64,000 bases of DNA from Candidatus Poribacteria bacterium (GCA_965215015.1 OZ244042.1:2016001-2080000); one strand, 5' to 3'; counted from the first letter of the stretch, positions 40,770 to 50,810 are shown. Notes: generated by a model from the letters alone, not told the origin. Program-made: numbers and translations.

Positions 40770-41747
40770 ATGCGGCTGGCACTGCTCGTGGCTTGCCTTT
40801 GGCTAGCCACGGGCCCCCTTGCGGGCAAAATTGTCTTTTATTCTCATCGGAAAGGAACCACCGAAGTCCATACGATGGACTCGGACGGGAGCAACCAAAC
40901 ACAGTTGACATTCAACAAGGTGAGTGATTCTGCACCGGCGTGGTCTCCCAACGGGCGACAGATTGTGTTCCATAGCACACGCGATGGAAATTGGGAGATT
41001 TATGTGATGGATGCAGACGGAAGCAATCCACGCAACCTGACCCGTCACCCGGCAAATGATCGCCGCCCCGATTGGTCTCCCGATGGTTCACAGATTGCGT
41101 TTAATAGTGCCCGAGGAGATGGCGCAATCAACCTTTACGTGATGGACGCTTCAGGGAACAACGTGAAGCAGCTCACACACATGCGGATTGAACACTGGGA
41201 ACTCGCATCGAAACCGAAGTGGTCGCCGGATGGGCAATGGATACTCTTTGAGGGAAATATTGTTAAGGGTAATCTGAAGCAGGGTCGACAGATTTATGCG
41301 ATTCGTCCCGACGGCACCGACCGATGGCGAGTCTCTAAACCTGTCCCAAAAACCTCCATGTTTTTGGGAGGTTGGTCGCCGGACGGGAGGCGGATTTTGT
41401 ATAAGGGTAACATTGACGGGAATGTGCTGAACTCGTTTGCAGTCATTGCCACACTCGACTCGCGCTCGAAGGTCACAACGCGGCAGGAGGTCGCCATGCC
41501 CGATCTGCCTTTTGCGACCGTTAGTTTTGGTGCAGATGGGAGGTCGATACTCTTTAGGGGGAAACGGGGTCGTGTGTGGAACATCTACCGGTTTCGTCTT
41601 AGCGATAGGCAGCTAATCCAGTTGACCGATATACCGACGGATATACCCGGGAAATATTCTGGTATCCAGGAATGGAATCCGCGCCTATCTGTCTCGCCAC
41701 AGGAACTGACCTCCACACTTTTGGGGGAGATAAAGACAACCCAGTAG
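40770..41747 (+). CDS. secreted TolB/PD40-repeat beta-propeller protein, copy 1
   Basis: AAGGAGG RBS, signal peptide, P.WSP(D/N)G repeats. Confidence 0.88.
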   Translation: MRLALLVACLWLATGPLAGKIVFYSHRKGTTEVHTMDSDGSNQTQLTFNKVSDSAPAWSPNGRQIVFHSTRDGNWEIYVMDADGSNPRNLTRHPANDRRPDWSPDGSQIAFNSARGDGAINLYVMDASGNNVKQLTHMRIEHWELASKPKWSPDGQWILFEGNIVKGNLKQGRQIYAIRPDGTDRWRVSKPVPKTSMFLGGWSPDGRRILYKGNIDGNVLNSFAVIATLDSRSKVTTRQEVAMPDLPFATVSFGADGRSILFRGKRGRVWNIYRFRLSDRQLIQLTDIPTDIPGKYSGIQEWNPRLSVSPQELTSTLLGEIKTTQ

Positions 41748-42808
41748 AAATCAGGTGCAACCGATGCGTATTTTTATCCTCGTGGCTTGCCTTTGGCTAG
41801 CCACGGCCCCCCTTGCGGGCAAAATTGTCTTTTATTCTCATCGGAAAGGAACCACCGAAGTCCATACGATGGACTCGGACGGGAGCAACCAAACACAGTT
41901 GACATTCAACAAGGTGAGTGATTCTGCACCGGCGTGGTCTCCCAACGGGCGACAGATTGCGTTCCATAGCACACGCGATGGAAATTGGGAGATTTATGTG
42001 ATGGATGCAGACGGAAGCAATCCACGCAACCTGACCCATCACCCGGCAAATGATGTCTTTCCCGAGTGGTCTCCCGATGGTTCACAGATTGCGTTTGATA
42101 GTGCCCGAGGAGATGGCGCAATCAACCTTTACGTGATGGACGCTTCAGGGGACAACGTGAAGCAGCTCACACACATGCGGATTGAACACCGGGAACTCGC
42201 ATCGAAACCGAGGTGGTCGCCGAACGGAGAGTGGATACTCTTTGAGGGCAATATTGTTAAGGGTAATCTGAAGCAGGGTCGACAGATTTATGCGATTCGT
42301 CCCGACGGCACCGACCGATGGCGAGTCTCTAAACCTGTCCCAAAAACCTCCATGTTTTTGGGAGGTTGGTCGCCGGACGGGCGGCGGATTTTGTATAAGG
42401 GTAACATTGGCGGGAATGTGCTGAACTCGTTTGCAGTCATTGCCACACTGGACTCGCGCTCGAAGGTCACAACGCGGCAGGAAGTCGCCATGCCCGATCT
42501 GCCTTTTGCGACCGTTAGTTTTGGTGCAGATGGGAGGTCGATACTCTTTAGGGGGAAACGGGGTCGTGTGTGGAACATCTACCGGTTTCGTCTTAGCGAT
42601 AGGCAGCTGATCCAGTTGACCGATATACCGACGGATATACCCGGGAAATATTCTGGTATCCAGGAATGGAATCCGCGCTTGTCTGTCTCGGCACAGGAAC
42701 TGACCCCCACACTTTTGGGGGAGATAAAGACAAGCCAGTAGAAATCAGGTACAACCGATGCGTATTTTTATCCTCGTGGCTTGCCTTTGGCTAGCCACGA
42801 GCCCCCTT
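40785..42808 (+). repeat. 994-bp tandem duplication plus the start of a third copy
   Basis: CTCGTGGCTTGCCTTTGGCTAGCCACG at 40785, 41779 and 42773. Confidence 0.92.
41764..42741 (+). CDS. secreted TolB/PD40-repeat beta-propeller protein, copy 2
   Basis: Near-identical to copy 1 (about 15 amino-acid changes in the mature part). Confidence 0.88.
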   Translation: MRIFILVACLWLATAPLAGKIVFYSHRKGTTEVHTMDSDGSNQTQLTFNKVSDSAPAWSPNGRQIAFHSTRDGNWEIYVMDADGSNPRNLTHHPANDVFPEWSPDGSQIAFDSARGDGAINLYVMDASGDNVKQLTHMRIEHRELASKPRWSPNGEWILFEGNIVKGNLKQGRQIYAIRPDGTDRWRVSKPVPKTSMFLGGWSPDGRRILYKGNIGGNVLNSFAVIATLDSRSKVTTRQEVAMPDLPFATVSFGADGRSILFRGKRGRVWNIYRFRLSDRQLIQLTDIPTDIPGKYSGIQEWNPRLSVSAQELTPTLLGEIKTSQ

Positions 42809-42897
42809 GAGAGCACATTGGTGTATAATACCTGTTTTGCCAAAGATCTGCCCTACTCCTTCCCTCACCTGCTATTCAAATGACCCTCGCATCAGTC

Positions 42898-43400
42898 CTA
42901 ACTCTCTTTAACCCCGCGCCAGGGGCCCGTGATAGCGAGTGTCATCCCCGCACCTTGGATGTTGACAAACAGTGTGCTGCCCTCCGGCGAACTCTGACTT
43001 GTTGCGTGAGTTCTTGGCGAATCTGTGAAGTGTGCCTTCTGGGGTGACGCCCACCAGAAATTGCGTCCCGGGTCCAGCCTCACATAGGATAAGATCGCCC
43101 CACGCCACTTCCATCTTTTCGCTAACTGCAACTGCGTCAGAGGTCCAAGAAAAAATTTATCTGTCCACTGTTTCCAATTTCGAGTATCGGCACTTTTCAT
43201 GTCGCGGATTGCCATTGCCTGAAGGCGTCCACCTGTCCCTGTCTTCGTATCGTAAACAACCGTTGTTGTGCCACCGAGCTCCGGTTTCTTTCCTTTTCCC
43301 GAATCGTAAATCCTTTCGGTGCCAATTTCTCAGAGTCTCTTATCGTGGGCAAATGATTGGATTTTCTGTAGAAAATCACGGCGGGGTATTGTGTTCATAA
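42898..43400 (-). pseudogene. phoX: decayed PhoX-family alkaline phosphatase (DUF839)
   Basis: Fragments in different frames: AIRDMKSADTRNW, WGDLILCE...LVGVTPEG...FAKN...SEFAG, SPEGSTLFVNIQ.AG.TLAITGPW. Confidence 0.7.
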
Positions 43401-43777
43401 CTGTACCTATGCTATCATAAATTTGGCAATCACTAGCTTTCATGAAGAGACACTCGGAATTCTCCTTTTTAATCTATCTAATTTTGCCGCCAAGCTCCCG
43501 CAGCTCAAACCCTTTGGGGAGGGGATGTCGTCAGCCAAAGTGCGTTGATATACAAAAACGATTAAATTTGTCAGTAAAATGGGATATAATTGTTTGGAGA
43601 AACGGACGCACCACCGAAAATGGTTAGCAATCGTTTTGCCACACTCCGACGGGCTTGGGTTATGGTGTTTTCCGTCTCACCCGTGGTTCATTGACCTACA
43701 AGAATTGACTCAATGTAGAGCCCCCTCCCCCCACCAAATACCCAGTGGGTTGTCCGTCAATTCCTGGGCCATTGAAT

Positions 43778-43909
43778 CTGTTTCCCCCTGCTTGCGGGGG
43801 GATTGAAGGGGTGCCTCTATTTCCCCCTGCTTGCGGGTGGATTGAAGGGGGTGCCTCTATTTCCCCCTGCTTGCGGGGGGATTGAGGGGGGTGCCTCTGT
43901 CTCCCCCTG
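43778..43909. repeat. about 40-bp tandem repeat x3 of a C/G hairpin, followed by a family A end at 43923-43941
   Basis: TTCCCCCTGCTTGCGGGGGGATTGAAGGGG(G)TGCCTCTA at 43782, 43821, 43861; single copy at about 10513. Confidence 0.85.
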
Positions 43910-43969
43910 GATTCGGTTTGTCAAATGTCAACAGAACCTAGCGACTTAGGTTATAGAAAGGAAAAAATT

Positions 43970-45532
43970 ATGAACAACATCCCGGATTATACCTCACGTG
44001 TTCCTCACTACACCTTCGCTGACACCCTCGAAGAACAGGAGGAACAACTCAAAACCAATCCACTGATGCTCCGACTGATCGAGTCGCGCAAAGGGTATGC
44101 GGGTGATTCGCACCGTCCCATCTACCATTACGTGAATCCCGAAGCGATGCTCAACGATCCCAACGGACTCTGTTTCTGGGGAGGAAGATGGCATCTGTTC
44201 TATCAAGCATATCCACCGGAGGATACCCGCCAGCATTGGGGCCATGCGATGAGCCATGACCTCATCCACTGGCGAGATCTGCCCTACGCGATTTATCCGA
44301 ATCCCGAAAGATGCTGTTTCTCCGGTGCAACATACGTCGAGGAGAATCGGGTGATCGCTATGTATCACGGCACGGAGGTGGGCAATATGGTCGCCGTGTC
44401 GAGCGATCCGCTGCTATTGAATTGGGAAAAGGTGACGGGCAAGGCTGTGATTCCGATGAAAAATCCGGACGGGTCGACCCCACCCTACCGTGTATTCGAT
44501 CCGTGCATCTGGAAGAAGGATGGTGTGTACTATTCTCTTTCAGGGGGGATATTGCCACATGGACCCGGCGGCAAACGGATCCGTGCCAACTTCCTGCTCC
44601 GCTCACCGGATTTAGCAAATTGGGAGTATCTCCACCCCTTCGTCGAGGATGACCTGTACACATTAGTAGGCGATGACGGTGCTTGTCCCTACTTTTGGCC
44701 CATCGGGGATCGGCACATCCTCCTATTCTTCAGCCATATGAGCGGTGGACAGTATCTGTTAGGCGATTACGATAAAGATCGCGACAAGTTTGTTGTGACA
44801 GCAGGGGCGAAGAACAATTTCGGTGCCGCAGCCCCCGCGGGCGTACACGCGCCCTCCGCAACCCCCGATGGCGACGGAGGACTCATCTGTATCTGGAACA
44901 TGAACCCCGCGAAGCCGACCAAAGGGTGGAATCAGATTATGACCTTGCCCCGACGCTTAACACTCGCCTCAAGAGATGAATTGGCGATCGAACCTGCCGG
45001 AGACATTGAGTCGTTGCGCGGCGCGCATCAGGCAATCGGTGGAATGACGTTGCCTGCGAATCAGGAGATACCCCTCCAAAATATCAACGGGAACGCCATG
45101 GAAATCGTCGCGGAGATTGATCCGAAGAGCGCGCCTATGGTCGAAATGAATGTCCTCCGCTCACCACAAAAGGAGGAGTACACCCGGATTGCGTTCTTCA
45201 GGGAACGGGGGTTCAGAAATCCAGATTTGAATCGGGAAGGACGAGATAGCTTAATAACGATTGATTCCTCGTATTCGTCGATCTCGCCGGATGTGCTTTC
45301 ACGCGCCCCCGAAACCGCCGCTGTTTTCATCGAACCTAACGAAACGCTCAAGTTACGCGTGTTCATCGACAAGAGCGTGGTCGAAGTCTTCGTCAACGGG
45401 AAGCAGTGTGTTGCGATGCGTGTCTATCCTGAACGTGAAGATAGCGTTGGGGTGTCGCTCCGTTCTCAAGGGCAAGAGAGTGAACTCAGATCACTCAGCG
45501 CATGGCAGATGGAGAATATCTATGAAGCGTGA
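43970..45532 (+). CDS. glycoside hydrolase family 32
   Basis: LNDPNG, WHLFYQ, WGHA.S.DLIHW, FSG, FDP, CP, DKSVVEVF. Confidence 0.9.
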   Translation: MNNIPDYTSRVPHYTFADTLEEQEEQLKTNPLMLRLIESRKGYAGDSHRPIYHYVNPEAMLNDPNGLCFWGGRWHLFYQAYPPEDTRQHWGHAMSHDLIHWRDLPYAIYPNPERCCFSGATYVEENRVIAMYHGTEVGNMVAVSSDPLLLNWEKVTGKAVIPMKNPDGSTPPYRVFDPCIWKKDGVYYSLSGGILPHGPGGKRIRANFLLRSPDLANWEYLHPFVEDDLYTLVGDDGACPYFWPIGDRHILLFFSHMSGGQYLLGDYDKDRDKFVVTAGAKNNFGAAAPAGVHAPSATPDGDGGLICIWNMNPAKPTKGWNQIMTLPRRLTLASRDELAIEPAGDIESLRGAHQAIGGMTLPANQEIPLQNINGNAMEIVAEIDPKSAPMVEMNVLRSPQKEEYTRIAFFRERGFRNPDLNREGRDSLITIDSSYSSISPDVLSRAPETAAVFIEPNETLKLRVFIDKSVVEVFVNGKQCVAMRVYPEREDSVGVSLRSQGQESELRSLSAWQMENIYEA

Positions 45533-45671
45533 AACGTGAGAAAAACACCGCAGAGACGCCCAGAGCACCGAAGGTGTAGGTCAAGTTTCCATACTCGACG
45601 CCTACTCGAAATAACCAAATTCACTACAATCGGGGTTGTTGAATGGCGAGCATCGATTTTCTCAATATATC

Positions 45672-46013
45672 TGAGGGGTGGTCATAAATCCAATTCGTGA
45701 AATCGTGCCACCGGAGGGGCAAATTTCTCAGAAGTTGGCAGGGTTAGGACGTCTCTGTATCCCAGATTCATACCGATTCTTGGAGGGGACGGAGGGTGCC
45801 CCATCCGTATCATCCGTTTAAGCCGCGATTCAACCCCTCAATTACCTGAGGGTGGTCATAATTCGAGACACATTATAGTGGAATTCAAGGGAGGGTACCT
45901 GGGTCAATCGTAGGGGCTTAGTTTCCAAGCCCGACAGGTTGGGAGCCCCCTCCCCTACGCATGAGAGGTGTTGAGAAGTATACGCATCAAAACCTATTTA
46001 TGAGCACCCCTCA
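45672..46013. mobile_element. two adjacent family B elements (45672-45840 and 45847-46013)
   Basis: TGAGGGGTGGTCATAA, ACCCCTCA, TGAGGGTGGTCATAA, TTATGAGCACCCCTCA; GTAG REP at 45910-45958. Confidence 0.7.
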
Positions 46014-46089
46014 AGTGAGGACGGTTCATCTATTCGTCCCCTTACAACTCATCTCACTGCTACCCAATCGGGTGGAAGGAGAAACTGTA

Positions 46090-47826
46090 ATGCCAAGAAG
46101 TCATCGCCCCTCGGTCCGTGGGAAACGGTACGTTATCTCATCGGTGCACTACCTCGCAACAATGGGCGGGGTGCGTATCCTCGAAAGTGGCGGTAACGCC
46201 GCCGATGCCGGCGTCGCTGTCGGCATTTGTATCAATGTGCTTCAACCCGGATTCACCCATTTTGGCGGTGTCGCACCGATTATCTACTGCCCGGCGTCGG
46301 GCGAGCCCGTAGAAACCATCAGTGGATTGGGACGCTGGCCCAAAAAGGCAAGCATTGACTATTTCCGAAAATATCACAACGGCGACCTGCCCCCCGGAAT
46401 TTTGCGAACCGTCACACCCGCATCGCCCGATGCCTGGTTGACAGCGTTGGCGCGATTCGGCACCATGACCTTTGAACAGGTCATACAGCCCGCGTTAGAC
46501 CTCGCCGAAAACGGTCACCCGGTCGATGACCAGTTCCAGGCATTCGTCAGTGGGGAGCTAGGAGGTGAGCTGTCAACCACTGCCGTATTCAATCCCGATG
46601 GGTATATTCCGCAAATCGGGGAAATCTTCTGCCAGAAGGATTTGGCGAACACATTCAAGCGAATGATCAACGCTGAACGGAGAGCGGGAGGCAATCGGGA
46701 GACAGGAATCAGAGCCGCACGCGACCTAATCTATAAAAACGAGATTGCCCACGAAATTGCCGATTTTCACGCGCAGGAAGGGGGACTGTTGACCTATGAG
46801 GATCTCGCTGCATTCTCGGTTCGGGTCGAGCCGCCGACGCACATCTCCTACAAAGGCTATGATGTTTACACCTGCGGCCCTTGGTGTCAGGGGCCGACCC
46901 TAAACATGGCGTTAAAGATTCTCCAAGGCGTTGATTTGCAAGGGATGGGGCATCAGTCCGTGGACTATCTCCACACAATTATCGAAGGGTTGAAATTGGC
47001 GTTTGCGGATCGCGAGGCGTATTTCGGCGACCCCGATTTTGTGCAGGTGCCGATGGCGGGCTTGCTTGATGAGCGGTATGCTGCCGAGAGACGGGTTGAG
47101 ATTGACCCACAGCGCGCCGCTAGCGACATGCCGCACCCTGGAAATCCGTGGCGATTCCATCCGGAGCCGCGCGGCAAAAACGGCCCTTTCCCGACTCTGA
47201 ACCCAAATCGCCCGCAACCGGAGCGGATAGCACAATGGGAGAGCGATACCAGTTACCTCTGCGTGGTGGATGAGGAGGACAACGCCTTTTCGGCGACACC
47301 CTCAGATGTGGTCGGTTGGTCTCCCATTGTTCCGGGGTTGGGATTTCCCGTCTCAGGGCGAGGTACGCAGATGTGGCTTGATCCAGCACACCCTTCCTGT
47401 CTGCAACCGTGGAAGCGTCCACGCCTCACCCCAAACCCCGCGTTGGTTCTGAAAGATCGAAAACCCTTCATGCCGTTCGGATGTCCCGGTGGGGATGCAC
47501 AGGTGCAGGGGATGCTACAAGTGTTTCTCAATATCATCGAGTTCGGGATGGAACCGCAAGAAGCGATTGAAGCGCCCCGCGTCATCAGCCACAGTTTTCC
47601 GAATTCGTTTTGGCCCCACGGCTCGCTGCCCGGCAAGGTAACGGTTGAAGCTCGCATCGCCCCGCAGGTGCGCGAAACTTTGCGAAATCGCGGGCACCTC
47701 ATCGAAGATGATGACGATTGGAGTGCAGGGGTCAGTCGTGTGTGTGCAATCACTATCGATCCGGAAACAGGCACGCGTGCCGGTGGTGCCGATCCACGCT
47801 CTACGTCGTATGCAATAGGTTGGTAA
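46090..47826 (+). CDS. ggt: gamma-glutamyltransferase family (Ntn hydrolase)
   Basis: GGNAADA, LKLAFADR, catalytic Thr in DTSYLCVVD, PGGDAQVQ, GGADPR. Confidence 0.92.
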   Translation: MPRSHRPSVRGKRYVISSVHYLATMGGVRILESGGNAADAGVAVGICINVLQPGFTHFGGVAPIIYCPASGEPVETISGLGRWPKKASIDYFRKYHNGDLPPGILRTVTPASPDAWLTALARFGTMTFEQVIQPALDLAENGHPVDDQFQAFVSGELGGELSTTAVFNPDGYIPQIGEIFCQKDLANTFKRMINAERRAGGNRETGIRAARDLIYKNEIAHEIADFHAQEGGLLTYEDLAAFSVRVEPPTHISYKGYDVYTCGPWCQGPTLNMALKILQGVDLQGMGHQSVDYLHTIIEGLKLAFADREAYFGDPDFVQVPMAGLLDERYAAERRVEIDPQRAASDMPHPGNPWRFHPEPRGKNGPFPTLNPNRPQPERIAQWESDTSYLCVVDEEDNAFSATPSDVVGWSPIVPGLGFPVSGRGTQMWLDPAHPSCLQPWKRPRLTPNPALVLKDRKPFMPFGCPGGDAQVQGMLQVFLNIIEFGMEPQEAIEAPRVISHSFPNSFWPHGSLPGKVTVEARIAPQVRETLRNRGHLIEDDDDWSAGVSRVCAITIDPETGTRAGGADPRSTSYAIGW

Positions 47827-47856
47827 ATCGACTTACAATCAGAGAGGAAAAATCGT

Positions 47857-48819
47857 ATGCCTTTGACTTTTGACATGTCGTTAGCGGAGTTGGAAACCTA
47901 TCAAGGCAGGAACCCACGTCCCGATAACTTTGATACCTTCTGGGAGGAAGCACTTGCGGAGATGCGAGAGGTAGAACCACAGATTGAGATCTCGCCCGCG
48001 AGCTTCCAGACCCCCTTTGCCGAATGTTCGGATTTATATTTCACCGGTGTCGGTGGTGCAAGGGTTCACGCCAAACTCCTCCGCCCGAATAACGCATCCA
48101 ATCCCCAGCCAGCAGTGTTGATGTTCCACGGTTACTCCGGCGATGCCGGCGATTGGTTGGGCAAATTGGGCTACGCCGCCCTCGGTTACACCGTCGCAGC
48201 ACTCGATTGCCGGGGGCAGGGCGGTTCGTCGGAGGATACGGGCGGTGTTACAGGGTGGACATTGCGCGGACATATTATCCGGGGGCTTGAGGATGTGCCA
48301 GAGAAACTTCTCTACCGCCAGATTTTTCTGGATACAGCACAACTTGCAAAGATTGTAATGGAAATGCCAGAGGTGGACGAAAATCGGGTCGGGGCGACTG
48401 GCAGAAGCCAAGGCGGTGGATTGACGCTCGCCTGTGCAGCACTAGAACCCCGCATCAAACGCGCAGCCCCTGTGTTTCCGTTCCTCTGCGATTACCGGCG
48501 GGTGTGGGAGTTGGATCTGGCAAAAGATGCCTACGCCGAATTGGGCGAATACTTCCGCAAATTCGACCCGCTCCACGAGCGCGAAGATGCGATATTTGAG
48601 AAACTAGGCTATATCGATGTGCAGTACCTATGTCCACGTATCCGTAGCGAGATTTTTATGGGGATAGGGTTGATGGACACTATCTGTCCGCCTTCAACGC
48701 AATTTGCCGCTTATAACAAGATAAGGGCAGACAAGTCATTAGCGATTTTTCCCGACTTTGCCCATGAAGACCTGCCGGGACACGGGGACCGGATCTTCCA
48801 GTTTATGAACGGGCTTTAG
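47857..48819 (+). CDS. acetyl xylan esterase / cephalosporin-C deacetylase (CE7)
   Basis: FHGY, DCRGQ, GRSQGG, DTICPPSTQFAAYN, HE. Confidence 0.93.
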   Translation: MPLTFDMSLAELETYQGRNPRPDNFDTFWEEALAEMREVEPQIEISPASFQTPFAECSDLYFTGVGGARVHAKLLRPNNASNPQPAVLMFHGYSGDAGDWLGKLGYAALGYTVAALDCRGQGGSSEDTGGVTGWTLRGHIIRGLEDVPEKLLYRQIFLDTAQLAKIVMEMPEVDENRVGATGRSQGGGLTLACAALEPRIKRAAPVFPFLCDYRRVWELDLAKDAYAELGEYFRKFDPLHEREDAIFEKLGYIDVQYLCPRIRSEIFMGIGLMDTICPPSTQFAAYNKIRADKSLAIFPDFAHEDLPGHGDRIFQFMNGL

Positions 48820-48850
48820 TCCTTATCCCTCCTCCGACTTAGACAGTTAA

Positions 48851-49441
48851 ATGATGAAAACCCCAATCTTCCAATCTACTCTGTGGGTATTGCTTCTGTG
48901 CCTGATTGCCGTTACGGGGTACGCCGATGAAAGCAATCTTTTTACGCGACTAGATCGGGACATATTCGATGCAATCTACGATGAACCGCCCCGAAGAGAA
49001 CCCCTCGGCACCATCATGGAGGTGGGCACCTACTTTGGTGATGGCAGAACAATGCTCGGGATTGCTCTCCTCCTAATGGCTTATGGGGACGATAAGAACC
49101 GTAAAACGGGTAGGCTGATGACCTCCACTTTCATCAGCACAGGCGTAATCGTTTGGGGGATGAAGAGAATTATCGGACGTAAGCGCCCCCTTGACGATGT
49201 GGATAATCCGGCGTTTCCATCCGGCCACACCGCGTACGCTTTCGCCGGTGCGACCCTCCTTGGAAGGCAGTATCCCAAACTCCGTATTCCGCTCTATATC
49301 GGCGCGGGATTGGTCGGCATCACCCGAATCTATCTTGGCAGGCACTACGCCTCCGATGTGATTGCCGGTGCAGCGGTTGGCACAATCACCGGGGCACTCG
49401 TCTCACACCATCGTGCGAGCTTGTTAGAGTGGCGGTTTTGA
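48851..49441 (+). CDS. PAP2 family phosphatase
   Basis: KRIIGRKRP, FPSGH, TRIYLGRHYASD. Confidence 0.92.
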   Translation: MMKTPIFQSTLWVLLLCLIAVTGYADESNLFTRLDRDIFDAIYDEPPRREPLGTIMEVGTYFGDGRTMLGIALLLMAYGDDKNRKTGRLMTSTFISTGVIVWGMKRIIGRKRPLDDVDNPAFPSGHTAYAFAGATLLGRQYPKLRIPLYIGAGLVGITRIYLGRHYASDVIAGAAVGTITGALVSHHRASLLEWRF

Positions 49442-49589
49442 TTGAAAGGGGTAATATAGCTTGGCTTTGAGGTGCTAAGCTATTTTGACACACACCGCAC
49501 TCTGATGGCGTTGCGGGGATCCATTGATTCAGGCGTGAATGGTGCATGATTCAGTAGATAGTTGCTAGGGCGTGTTGACATTTTGCTTT

Positions 49590-50768
49590 CTACTCCGTCC
49601 GCAGGCGCGGATCCAACGCATCACGAACGGCATCCCCGAATAGATTTGCCGGTAAAACCAATCCAAACATAAACAGAAACGCAGCAATCAGATTCCACCA
49701 GACCACCGGATCGCGAGCTAACTCCAAGCGGGCGGTATTAATCATGTTGCCCCAACTGCCCGTCGTCGGATCTACACCGATCTGGAGATAGGTCAGCAAT
49801 GCTTCAAAGAAAACCAATCCACTAAAACGCAGGATAGCAGAGATAAGCACGATGTGCATGACGTTTGGGACAATGTGTTTGAGGAGAATCTTCCACCGAC
49901 TGACGCCGAACGCTTCTGCGGCTTGGATATATTCCAGCTCTCGTAGCTTGAGGGTTTCGCCGCGTAGGAGCCGACACAACCCCGTCCAACTGCTAATCCC
50001 TAGGATGAGACAGAGGTTGAACAAGCCGTGCCCAAACAAGAGCATGAACGCAGCAATCAGTAGAATGCTCGGAATTGACGCAAGGGTGGAGTAGATATAC
50101 TGAACGATGTCGTCGACTCGACCTCCAAAATAGCCAGCGAGCACGCCAAAGCAGAGTGCAAACGGAATCGCAGTCAGAGTTGTGAACCCTCCGATAATTA
50201 ACGCCGTCCGAATCCCTTTAAGCGCACGATAGAAGACATCGGTGCCGACCTTGTCCGTCCCAAACAGGTGTGAACGTGGGTGTTGTAGCGGTGGATGTTC
50301 GCGGGTAACGCGTCCATCGAGTTGTTGGATTGTACTCTTGGTGTAAAGGTGGGTTGCAAGCGGTGCAGAATAGGTTTTTTCGGTCTTTTCGCGCAACGGC
50401 GTACAGAGCCGATCAAGCAGACTCCACCTTCGCGGGGAATAGATTAGTTGGCCCGCTTCGTTACGAACCAGTTTTCCATCCGAGTTGAACACCGGATCAT
50501 TCCAACGGATGCTATCAAGGAATCCAATCAGGGTATAGACCGATAGGATAGCAAAGGAGATCATCGCCAGCCGACGCACGCGGACCTGACGGACAGCATT
50601 TCGCCAATACTCCCGACGCACAGCATACCGAATCAAAAGGATTGCCGCCGCGATCACCGCAATCAGGAGCAGGTTATGGTAGGCACTAGAACGCCAGATC
50701 CATGCAATTCGGTCGCTAAAATGGATGGCCCCTGTTGTCTGATCCATTCCGATGAGAAAGATGGACAT
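49590..50768 (-). CDS. peptide/nickel ABC transporter permease (DppC/OppC-like)
   Basis: HLFGTDKVG, EYIQAAEAFG, HIVPN, GDAVRDALDPR. Confidence 0.92.
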   Translation of the reverse strand: MSIFLIGMDQTTGAIHFSDRIAWIWRSSAYHNLLLIAVIAAAILLIRYAVRREYWRNAVRQVRVRRLAMISFAILSVYTLIGFLDSIRWNDPVFNSDGKLVRNEAGQLIYSPRRWSLLDRLCTPLREKTEKTYSAPLATHLYTKSTIQQLDGRVTREHPPLQHPRSHLFGTDKVGTDVFYRALKGIRTALIIGGFTTLTAIPFALCFGVLAGYFGGRVDDIVQYIYSTLASIPSILLIAAFMLLFGHGLFNLCLILGISSWTGLCRLLRGETLKLRELEYIQAAEAFGVSRWKILLKHIVPNVMHIVLISAILRFSGLVFFEALLTYLQIGVDPTTGSWGNMINTARLELARDPVVWWNLIAAFLFMFGLVLPANLFGDAVRDALDPRLRTE

Positions 50769-50810
50769 TGCTATTTGTCCTCAACGAGCTGACATCAATA
50801 GCGTAAGCCC

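Noticed and set aside
40770-42741. Diversity-generating retroelement template/variable repeat pair
   Set aside because: Differences are not adenine-specific, both copies are full genes, and no reverse transcriptase is present
43778-43909. CRISPR array
   Set aside because: Units are contiguous with no unique spacers, and there are no cas genes
37223-46089. Longest-ORF starts at 37223, 43925 and 45961
   Set aside because: The extensions derive from REP/MITE sequence; downstream ATGs at 37268, 43970 and 46090 have better RBS context
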